Origin: Eledone cirrhosa
Lineage: Eukaryota
NCBI GenBank assembly: GCA_964016885.1
Contig: OZ024741.1
Span: 401,574,001 to 401,638,000 of the forward strand
DNA length: 64,000 nucleotides
Direction of reading: 5' to 3'
Below, one piece after another: positions 1 to 11,572 of this stretch. Position 1 is the first letter of the stretch, and each line of letters opens with the position of its first letter. Below the pieces are notes generated by a model that worked only from the letters and a program-made list of their open reading frames with translations, did not search any database and had not been told where the DNA came from. Both the position numbers and the translations under genes were made by a program.

Positions 1-942
1 CTCTTTAAGATATGGTGCATCTATTCATCTCTTACGATTTAAAGGTGTTGAGAAGTTTGATGTTATTCTAACTGGTGAAGAGGTTAAAAGATTTAAGGTA
101 AGTTTTAATTAATTTAAATTTTTACAAGAATTTTGATATCTTTCAAAATCATTTGATGTTAAGAAATTTTAGTAAGTGACATAACTCTAGATCTAAATAT
201 AATTTGTTTTAAAAGCTTCTTAAAACCTTTTTGATACCAAACCACCTGAAACTGCTCCTGGATCTACTAGAAAAGTATTTATATCAATGTGTTTATATTC
301 ATATATTCATGTCAAGACATTCTAATATAATTCTGTGTAGAAATCTTTGTTAATTTATGTTTCCAACAACAGATGAATAATGAGAATATTATGTATCTTA
401 TTAAATCTAAATCACTTTAAACATTTGATAATATTCTAAATTGTTTAATAACATCAGACAATACCTTTTATAAGAAATATGATATTAGCTCTCTTAATCA
501 ATAGAATAATAATAAATATTGATTTCAATTTATTGGTATACTTTAAACACTAGGCACAATATTTACAATATTTACAGTAATAATTGTTTCTACTTTTGGC
601 ACAAGGCCAGCAATTACCAATACATTACTGGTACTTTATTTTATCGACCCCGTAAGGATGAAAGGCAAAGTTAACCTCGGCGGGATTTGAACTCAGATCA
701 TAAAGGAACGTAACTCTATGCTTCAAAGCATGGTGTCCGACTCTCTACCGATACTGCCAAATGTTTTATCTTACACTATGATATCTTTATTTTTTTATCT
801 TCCCAGAATAATGCCAAAAATGATATCGTTAGAATTCCATTTGGTACAACATCAGACACAGTTAAAATCCACTTTATTCCGGTTGCACCTAATTGTAAAA
901 TGATAATTACAGTATCTTTCATAGGATGTTTTGAATCAGGGT
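1..942 (+). CDS. Module M0 (partial): exon C <1-97, exon D 807-942
   Basis: Donor GTAAG at 98; acceptor TCCCAG ends 806; D = NNAKNDIVRIPFGTTSDTVKIHFIPVAPNCKMIITVSFIGCFESG; donor GTAAGT at 943. Confidence 0.85.
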
Positions 943-3900
943 GTAAGTATGAAATGATTTTATTGTTAATAATACCCTGGTAATAAATTATATATTCTAA
1001 TACTTGTTTCTACTTTTGACACAAGGCCAGCAATTATCCCAGTGTATTACTGGTACTTTATTTTATTGACCCTGTAAGGATGAAAGGCAAAGTTAACATC
1101 GGCGGGATTTGAGCTCAGACCATAAAGGGCCGTAACTCTTTGCTACAAAGCATGGTATACGACCCTCTACCGATACTGCCAATCCACCGATGTTTTGTTG
1201 TCTGTAGATTATTACATCCAAAACAATAATAATTATAACAACATTGTCTCTGATTGAAATGAAGCAAGAGTGTAATTGAATACATAATGAGAAAAGTCAT
1301 CTCTATAACAGCCATTAAAACAGCTAAATACTGTCAAAGCTATGATTAGCTTTCTATTTAGGACAGAGACCACAGCTTGAGGTCCTTTATCCCATTATTT
1401 TATTTCCTTTGTTTTCTTTTGTCTTTCTATCTGTGCTGTTTGTTTTATCAGACACACATCATACCAACAGAAAGATTTATATTTCTGTTGCACAATCCAG
1501 CGTTTTAAAATGATACTCTCAATTAAACCGTGCAAAACCATTTTGCTGGTTTGAGAGCTGATGAAGCTGAAGATGTATGTGTAAACTTGTCTTGTACATC
1601 ACCTTTCTTTCCTTTTTCCAGTCAATTCTGTACACCAGTGTACTTCTCCTTGTCCTCCTTCACTTTCATTCTTTTCTATATTACATCTACCTGTCACTCA
1701 CCTTATGGATTATCTCTCTATTGACCACTAGCCGCTGGTCTCTGTCCTCTGAGTCATTTTTACCTATCGCTGTCTTTGACAACATCCACTTGTTTAACGG
1801 CTGTTGTAGCAATGGCTTTTGTCATTTTTATATATAATAATTGTTTCTACTTTTGGCACAAGGCCAGCAAATACCCAGTACATTACTGGTACTTTATTTT
1901 ATCGACCCCGTAAGGATGAAAGACAAAGTTAACCTCGGCGGCATATGAACTCAGATCATAATGGGAGGTAACTCTATGCTTCAAAGCATGGCGTCCGACC
2001 CTCTACCGATACTGCCAATCCACCACCATATATAATAATAATTATGTGTTAGGTAATTCCGAAGTAAAAGCAAAGGAAAAAAGAGTGCTCTATGTATAGA
2101 ACAGAGCTATTAAATTAGAAAGTGAACAACACAAAATATAACTACTCCATTACCAAAGGTTTCTGGATCACAGACAATAATAATATAATATACGTCTGGA
2201 TCAGTCATGAGACAGAGATATAGATAAAAGATATGAAATGATCTATAACATCTCTGTCTGACGACCGATCCAGATGTATATTATATTATTCTTGTCTGGG
2301 ATCCAGAAACCTTTGGTAATGGAGTAGTTATATTTTGTGTTGTTCACTTTCTAATTAAATATAATAATAATTATGTAAATATTTAAGAAGAATTCTAAAA
2401 ATAATGTTATAATGAAAATTAATTAGAATTTTCTATTGTTATAATATTTTTCTATTAAATACGTAATTTTGTAGCATTTTAGACATTATTGGAATTTAAC
2501 TCTATAATCTATGGTTCTGTTCTTTCAATCTTACTTTACAATTTTTATGATAAAATGTTATCTCCTTCCTCATAGCAACAACACCAGTAGCAACAACAAC
2601 AATGTTACCAACTACCACACCTCTTGCAACAAGTATGTATAAACTATCATTATTCAATATATATTAAAGTCAATACAACTTGTATATAAATTATACATGA
2701 AGATATAGAAAATATATTATGATATAGAAAATAAAAATTTTTCTTCTCTGTATGTTAAAATATGGAATTTTATTTTATTTTTATTTCAGCCACAACTATT
2801 CCAACAACAACACTACAACAGACAACACAAACAGGTAACATATTTCTGATTAATAAAATTATCTGACATGTAAGAAATCATGATAATAATTATGAAAATA
2901 TTTTTCCATTGTGTTTTATTTCTAATTATTTTGTAGAATCATGGTGTGTAGCTAATGATGGTTTGGAAGATGTTTCATTAATAAGATCCTGGGATATTAA
3001 ATTGTCAAGCAATGAGGAAAATCCAGATGTTATTAGACCTGGAAACAAAGGATGGAGACCTGCTATAGATGATAAGAAACTTACAGTAACTATGTTTGTT
3101 GGTGACTCTTTAAGATATGGTGCATCTATTCATCTCTTACGATTTAAAGGTGTTGAGAAGTTTGATGTTATTCTAACTGGTGAAGAGGTTAAAAGATTTA
3201 AGGTAAGTTTTAATTAATTTAAATTTTTACAAGAATTTTGATATCTTTCAAAATCATTTGATGTTAAGAAATTTTAGTAAGTGACATAACTCTAGATCTA
3301 AATATATTTTGTTTTAAAAGCTTCTTAAAACCTTTTTGATACCAAACCACCTGAAACTGCTCCTGGATCTACTAGAAAAGTATTTATATCAATGTGTTTA
3401 TATTCATATATTCATGTCAAGACATTCTAATATAATTCTGTGTAGAAATCTTTGTTAATTTATGTTTCCAACAACAGATGAATAATGAGAATATTATGTA
3501 TCTTATTAAATCTAAATCACTTTAAACATTTGATAATATTCTAAATTGTTTAATAACATCAGACAATACCTTTTATAAGAAATATGATATTAGCTCTCTT
3601 AATCAATAGAATAATAATAAATATTGATTTCAATTTATTGGTATACTTTAAACACTAGGCACAATATTTACAATATTTACAGTAATAATTGTTTCTACTT
3701 TTGGCACAAGGCCAGCAATTACCAATACATTACTGGTACTTTATTTTATCGACCCCGTAAGGATGAAAGGCAAAGTTAACCTCGGCGGGATTTGAACTCA
3801 GATCATAAAGGAACGTAACTCTATGCTTCAAAGCATGGTGTCCGACTCTCTACCGATACTGCCAAATGTTTTATCTTACACTATGATATCTTTATTTTTT

Positions 3901-6900
3901 TATCTTCCCAGAATAATGCCAAAAATGATATCGTTAGAATTCCATTTGGTACAACATCAGACACAGTTAAAATCCACTTTATTCCGGTTGCACCTAATTG
4001 TAAAATGATAATTACAGTATCTTTCATAGGATGTTTTGAATCAGGGTGTAAGTATGAAATGATTTTATTGTTAATAATACCCTGGTAATAAATTATATAT
4101 TCTAATAATTGTTTCTACTTTTGACACAAGGCCAGCAATTATCCCAGTGTATTACTGGTACTTTATTTTATTGACCCTGTAAGGATGAAAGGCAAAGTTA
4201 ACATCGGCGGGATTTGAGCTCAGACCATAAAGGGCCGTAACTCTTTGCTACAAAGCATGGTATACGACCCTCTACCGATACTGCCAATCCACCGATGTTT
4301 TGTTGTCTGTAGATTATTACATCCAAAACAATAATAATTATAACAACATTGTCTCTGATTGAAATGAAGCAAGAGTGTAATTGAATACATAATGAGAAAA
4401 GTCATCTCTATAACAGCCATTAAAACAGCTAAATACTGTCAAAGCTATGATTAGCTTTCTATTTAGGACAGAGACCACAGCTTGAGGTCCTTTATCCCAT
4501 TATTTTATTTCCTTTGTTTTCTTTTGTCTTTCTATCTGTGCTGTTTGTTTTATCAGACACACATCATACCAACAGAAAGATTTATATTTCTGTTGCACAA
4601 TCCAGCGTTTTAAAATGATACTCTCAATTAAACCGTGCAAAACCATTTTGCTGGTTTGAGAGCTGATGAAGCTGAAGATGTATGTGTAAACTTGTCTTGT
4701 ACATCACCTTTCTTTCCTTTTTCCAGTCAATTCTGTACACCAGTGTACTTCTCCTTGTCCTCCTTCACTTTCATTCTTTTCTATATTACATCTACCTGTC
4801 ACTCACCTTATGGATTATCTCTCTATTGACCACTAGCCGCTGGTCTCTGTCCTCTGAGTCATTTTTACCTATCGCTGTCTTTGACAACATCCACTTGTTT
4901 AACGGCTGTTGTAGCAATGGCTTTTGTCATTTTTATATATAATAATTGTTTCTACTTTTGGCACAAGGCCAGCAAATACCCAGTACATTACTGGTACTTT
5001 ATTTTATCGACCCCGTAAGGATGAAAGACAAAGTTAACCTCGGCGGCATATGAACTCAGATCATAATGGGAGGTAACTCTATGCTTCAAAGCATGGCGTC
5101 CGACCCTCTACCGATACTGCCAATCCACCACCATATATAATAATAATTATGTGTTAGGTAATTCCGAAGTAAAAGCAAAGGAAAAAAGAGTGCTCTATGT
5201 ATAGAACAGAGCTATTAAATTAGAAAGTGAACAACACAAAATATAACTACTCCATTACCAAAGGTTTCTGGATCACAGACAATAATAATATAATATACGT
5301 CTGGATCAGTCATGAGACAGAGATATAGATAAAAGATATGAAATGATCTATAACATCTCTGTCTGACGACCGATCCAGATGTATATTATATTATTCTTGT
5401 CTGGGATCCAGAAACCTTTGGTAATGGAGTAGTTATATTTTGTGTTGTTCACTTTCTAATTAAATATAATAATAATTATGTAAATATTTAAGAAGAATTC
5501 TAAAAATAATGTTATAATGAAAATTAATTAGAATTTTCTATTGTTATAATATTTTTCTATTAAATACGTAATTTTGTAGCATTTTAGACATTATTGGAAT
5601 TTAACTCTATAATCTATGGTTCTGTTCTTTCAATCTTACTTTACAATTTTTATGATAAAATGTTATCTCCTTCCTCATAGCAACAACACCAGTAGCAACA
5701 ACAACAATGTTACCAACTACCACACCTCTTGCAACAAGTATGTATAAACTATCATTATTCAATATATATTAAAGTCAATACAACTTGTATATAAATTATA
5801 CATGAAGATATAGAAAATATATTATGATATAGAAAATAAAAATTTTTCTTCTCTGTATGTTAAAATATGGAATTTTATTTTATTTTTATTTCAGCCACAA
5901 CTATTCCAACAACAACACTACAACAGACAACACAAACAGGTAACATATTTCTGATTAATAAAATTATCTGACATGTAAGAAATCATGATAATAATTATGA
6001 AAATATTTTTCCATTGTGTTTTATTTCTAATTATTTTGTAGAATCATGGTGTGTAGCTAATGATGGTTTGGAAGATGTTTCATTAATAAGATCCTGGGAT
6101 ATTAAATTGTCAAGCAATGAGGAAAATCCAGATGTTATTAGACCTGGAAACAAAGGATGGAGACCTGCTATAGATGATAAGAAACTTACAGTAACTATGT
6201 TTGTTGGTGACTCTTTAAGATATGGTGCATCTATTCATCTCTTACGAACTAAATATGTTGAGAAGTTTGATGTTATTCTCACTGGTGGAGAGGTTAAAAG
6301 ATTTAAGGTGAGTTTCAATTAATTTAATTTAATATCTCATCATAGTAAAGTTTTCATTAAAACAGTTATATGAAGTTGGATATCTTTTAAAATTATTTAA
6401 TATTTTTGCTTTTGAATCATTTGATGTTTAGGAAATCTTAGTACCTAATCTTAGAATTTAAACCAGCCATATCCGGCCAGAGTTCCCTCACCTCTTTCTG
6501 TTCAAACTGGTCATAACGAGCTGCTCATACCAACATTAAGGTATTTTTCTCAAAATAAATAATATCAAATTCTCATAGATTCGATATTATGTGAGATAAT
6601 TAAGTGAAATAAAGCCTTTACTGTGAAAATACAACAGTAAATACAGAGTAACGTGAATGCTAAAGGGTTAAATCTAAATATAATGTGACATTGCATTCAA
6701 ACCTCACTCTCAAAAGAAATCCTTTAAACTTTTGACAACTCGAAAATATTCCTTGATTTATGTTAGAGAACAAATGACTTCCCATCATAATTCTATGAAT
6801 GGAATCTTCATATGTTTTGTTCCTAACACCAGATTAGAAATGAGTAAATTAGTTACAATATGAAATTTAAATCACTCTACACATTTTATTATTTTCTAGA

Positions 6901-9900
6901 TTATATAATAACAAAAGACATCTTTTATCAGAAATATGATATTGGCTGTCTTAATCGATAGAATAATAATAAATATTGTTGTATGTGGGTTTTATCTTGA
7001 CTCCAATTTATTGGTATAATTTATAGTCAAGGCACAATATTAAGTAGAAATACTTTGTCAATTACTCCATATTTTGTTACTTTTTGCCAGCACCAAATAC
7101 TAACGTTGGTGGCCTACTCAGCCTGGATGAACTTCGTGTCTTCATTGCCCTCATAGTGGGAGCCGATGTATAATAATGATAATGATAATAATGATGAAAT
7201 TATTGTGTAAAGTGCTCAGGTGCACTACAACTCGTCAATATAGTACATAGAATAATACACAAATGCCAGGGAAGTACATGTTTGTATGTGTTAGCTGTAG
7301 TGTTGGCGGATCTCGGGAAGCATGGAGGCCTTAAAGGATGCAGCGTCTCGACAGCTAACAACTGATGCAGGTAGTTTGTTCCATGCTTCAGCAACTCTGA
7401 GCGTGAAAAAATGTTTCCGAAAGTCATGGGAACTGTGCTGTTTTCTTACTTTGTGGGCATGTCCACGTGTGTTAGACACATGGAAATCGAAAAGGCACTC
7501 AGGGTTGTTGTTGGCAACATGGTTAACAATTTTGTGGGTGTTTACCAAGTCAGTTGCCAGGCGTCGGAGCTTCAATGAATCCATGCCCAGGGAAGCAAGG
7601 CGATCAGAGTATGGTAGATGCCTGATGGAGGGTATTCGCTTGGTTGCACGTCTCTGAACAGTTTCCAGGCGGTCAATGTCCTGAGCAAGATAGGGGTTCC
7701 AGACTGGTGATGCAAATTCTAAGTGTGGTCGCACCATAGCTGTATACAGCCTTAAATAGATATCTGGAGAGCGGCTGACAAAGGTCTTGCTGAGTGATGC
7801 TAAGACACCCTCGGCCCTCTTGACAATTTTAGAGACGTGCCTCATCCAACGCAAATCGCTGCTGACCGTAATGCCCAGGTCACGTTCACAGGAAGACTTC
7901 TTGATATTAGTGCTGTGGAGGGAATATGTGGACGCTGGGTTTTTACTCCCAAAATGCATGGTGGTGCACTTGTCCACAGCTAGCTTGAGTTGCCAGTCTG
8001 AGATCCACTGTTGCATTGTGTCCAGGTCAGACTGCAAGCAAGATCTATAGTGTTCAGGATCTGTCCTTTTTATCTCAAGGTACAGCTTGATGTCGTCTGC
8101 GTACTTTAGTACTGTGGCATTCCTTAAGTTGGCATCTATGTCATTAATATATGCCACAAACAAAAGGGGGCCAAGAACAGATCCCTGAGGTACACCAGAT
8201 GACATCTCATATGGTGAGGAATGCTGTCCCAGAACCGTGACTACCTCTCTTCGACTGAGAATGAAGGACTTCAACCAGTTAAAAAGATCATCCTTCACAC
8301 CCATTGCAGAGAGTTTTGCCATAAGCCTTTTGTGCGGCACAGAATTGAAGGCCTTCGCAAAGTCAAGGTAAACAACATCCACCCATGAGCCGCCATCAGT
8401 GATCCGGGTGATGTCCTCAAGAAACTCTATAAGTTGATCACAGCAGCTGGAGTTGGGGATAAATCCAAATTGCGAAGGCCGGATAAGACTGTGAGAGCTC
8501 CAGAAGTTCCAAAGTGTTTCTCTGACACAGGATTCCATCAGTTTGGCGATGCAACTAGTAAGACTGACTGGACGATAGTTCACAGGTGATGTGCGGTCAC
8601 CCTTTTTGAACAGAGGAATTACACTGGCAGTTTTCCACTGTTCTGGAGTAGCACTGTTGTTCAGACAGAATTGGAAGAAGCGTGATAACTGGTGTAGAAG
8701 GAAGTACCCACCACGTTTAAGAAGCAGGTACGTAACACCATCAAGACCAGGAGAGGCATGGTTGCGTTTATTTTTTAGGTGACGTCGCAGCATTGCAGGT
8801 GTAAATTCCATGGTTGTAATAGAGTCCGGTGTCATAGGTGGTGGAGATGGTACACTCTGGTCTTCAATGGTGAAAATGCCTGCATAGCATTCAGCAATGA
8901 GCTCTGCGCATTCCTTGGGGTCGTCAGTAACCTGGCTTGTGTGGGGATTGCGAAGAGGACCAACTGGAGAGTGAGGCCTCTGCTTTGAGTGAACATACTT
9001 CCAGAACACCTTACTGTCAGGGCTGGTTGCTATGCGCTGCTCAAATTGAAGCACTGCCTTTTTTGTCACCTGTTTGAGGTGGTTGGACGATCTATTTCGC
9101 CTCTTCCTATTAATGTCTGATTTGTGAAGTTTGTACTCACGTTCAGCATTGCGCCGTTCTTTTCTGGCAAGACGGACTGCTGCAGTCTCCCAAATTGCGC
9201 TTTTAGGATGTTTTTTCCGCTTACGTGGCACCGATGCTGCACATGCTGTCCATATTGAGCTCAGGATGTTCTGGAGTACAGTGTTGACATCTCCAGAGTC
9301 ATAGAACTCAAGCCAGTTTGGCCGTTGCAACTCGGTGCAGTAACAGTTCCAGTCTGCTCTATTCCAGTCAAAGTGAGCAGTTTGGAGATGGTTGTGGTTC
9401 TTGTTACTGCCCATGAGGGATAGATTGGCAATGATCATAGCATGATCAGAGTCACCTAAAGGTTCCTCAGCAGTAACACTAATGACCGTTTCAGGAGTAG
9501 TGGTGAAGAGTAGGTCCAAAGTGTTGTCACCTCTCGTTGGGGAGGTGACCACCTGGGACCAACTCGAGTCCAGCACCAGCTCAAGGAAGTCATTTGCACT
9601 TGGCGGCCAACGAAAGGTCTCCCAGTCAATCTCAGGGTGATTGAAGTCACCTGCAATGAAAACATAAGTGGCTGTCTTCCTGGCAGCAGCTCTGAGGATA
9701 TCACAAAGTTGAGTGTCCTGAGGGTAATTTGGGGGACGGTAAACGACTCCAAGTTGACATGGTCATACGTATATCGCAGAAAAAAACTTCCTGCTGTGAT
9801 TGGTTCAAATCAGCACAAGGAATTGCCGACAGATTTGACCGAACGTAGACCATTACACCACCACCACGACGATTAATACGGTCTTTACGAAACAGGTTGT

Positions 9901-11540
9901 AGCCAGTCATGCTGAAAACCCCATCACAGAGTAAGGGATGTGCCCAAGTTTCCGTGACTGTAATGAAGTCCGGCTTGATACTTTTGACGTAGGAGTCAAA
10001 AAGATGAATCTTATTGCATAGACTACGTGCATTCAAGGACAACAGTTTGTACTTTGATTCCAGTCTATGATTATGTGCAGGGGATGGCAGGTTGTTCTGA
10101 TTTAGTTTCCCAGAGTTTTTTCAGTTTCTTTATTGTCAGTTGTTGTGGGTACACTGTTTTCAGACCAGCTGGTGTCTCTTTTCCATGATTCGCCAGCCTT
10201 AACAAACCTCCATATCTGCCCATCATCTCGTAGGCTGAAGCTTTCATGTTCTGCCGAGCTGCGGTTTAGGGAAGCTGCAGCACGCAACTTTGGGCGGACA
10301 TCAGGTGGAAGACCAGGACGTGTTCGGAAAGCAATCCGACTTTCACGCCTAGCTTTATCAGAGGCTACAAGGTATGAACGTGCCTCAGCCGAGTTTGAAA
10401 ACGACAGTCTAATTAACCTGGGTTTCGGGCCTGGTCGGCCAAGGCGTAGAGCACCCTTTGCGGGAGCACAGCCCAGGTCTTTGGATGAACTGGTAGCAAA
10501 TGCCTGAAGATCAACTATGTCTTCCGGCACACCAATGGCAATCACTTCGTGGTTTGCAGATTCAGTGGCATTCTCAATGCGTCTAGGTTCAACATGAGGT
10601 ACGCGGAGATTTTTTAACAAGGCACTCCGGTAAGATCCCTCATTGTGGGGTTCTACACGAACGCTTGATTTTATTTCCGCTATTTCTTGACTTAAAGCGG
10701 AAATCATTTGCCGTATTTCCTCAAACTCCGTATTGACGGTCGGTTTTTGTTGTTGTTCTTCTCCTTCAACAGGCATGGTAGAAGACACAGTCGTCGGTTG
10801 TTGTTGTTGAAAAGTAACGGGTGAGGAAGACATGGGTTGCTGTTGTTGATGAAGTCCTTCAACGGGGGTAGTAGCAGAAGCTACGGTCGTTGGTTTTTGC
10901 TGTTGTTCAGCGACAATGGTAGAGGAAGACACGATCCTCGGTTTTTGTTGTTGTTGTTCAGGAACAATGGTAGAAGACACGATCTTCGGTCTTTGTTGTT
11001 GTTCCGCAGTAATGGGAGAAGCAGGCATACAGTCCAGGCACTGAAAGGACCAGTTTGTTAGCTGGACCATCTCCCAGAGTCTATCCATCGTAGCAATGTG
11101 ATGTTTCTTATTTTGGCCTGGGATCTTCCGGAAGCCTGTGGCGCATTGAAGGCAGACAGAGATGCGACAGGTTCCACATTCGACCCAACGATTACGGAAC
11201 GAGTTTTCGGGTTCCGTACAAATATGGCAGGTGTGATCTTCCGGGCAATGTTCTATTTTTGGACATCGACCAGTTTTGTCGCAAATTTCATCGATGGATA
11301 TCACCATGGCAATTTTGTTATTTCTACCCATCCGTAGAAAAACACAGAATGTAAACAATATAGGTTTAGCGCACTTGATTACGATAGAAATAAAATGTCT
11401 GTTTTTTTTGTGTATTTTGTTTCCGTTTTCCTAAATGTTGTGTGTGTGTAGAAGAGTTTGTGCATGTAAACAAATAAATATGCTGCGAAAGTTAAATGAA
11501 ACGTACTGTAGAAGGCAGTTGTTTATTAACAGCGAATAAC

Positions 11541-11572
<32 letters not shown>

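Larger units (their letters stand above)
1..6246. repeat. Near-perfect 3105-bp tandem duplication (module with all its introns)
   Basis: Position n matches n+3105 with only isolated differences; identical ORFs at 718/3823, 1115/4220, 1530/4635; identity stops inside exon C of M2 (~6247). Confidence 0.95.
7171..11540 (-). mobile_element. Near full-length CR1-like LINE, copy 1 (5' boundary approximate)
   Basis: ORF1 10102-11358 and ORF2 10042-7291 (APE: ITVTETW, GDFN, SDH; RT: VPQGSVLGP, YADD; CR1-type C-terminus TRGH..FFTLRV..WNKLP); (ATT/CATTAT)n tail. Confidence 0.92.

Noticed and set aside
718-903. 61-aa ORF duplicated at 3823
   Set aside because: Starts in a SINE and crosses exon D out of frame; its repetition reflects the 3105-bp duplication.
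1550-1600. Second hammerhead candidate (CTGATGA..GTAAAC)
   Set aside because: No convincing stem II and the GAAA core is broken; at best a decayed Penelope-like remnant.
7322-11337. Plus-strand ORFs overlapping the CR1 (and similar ORFs antisense to the RTEs)
   Set aside because: Antisense or alternative-frame shadows of GC-richer retroelement coding sequence, with no motifs of their own.
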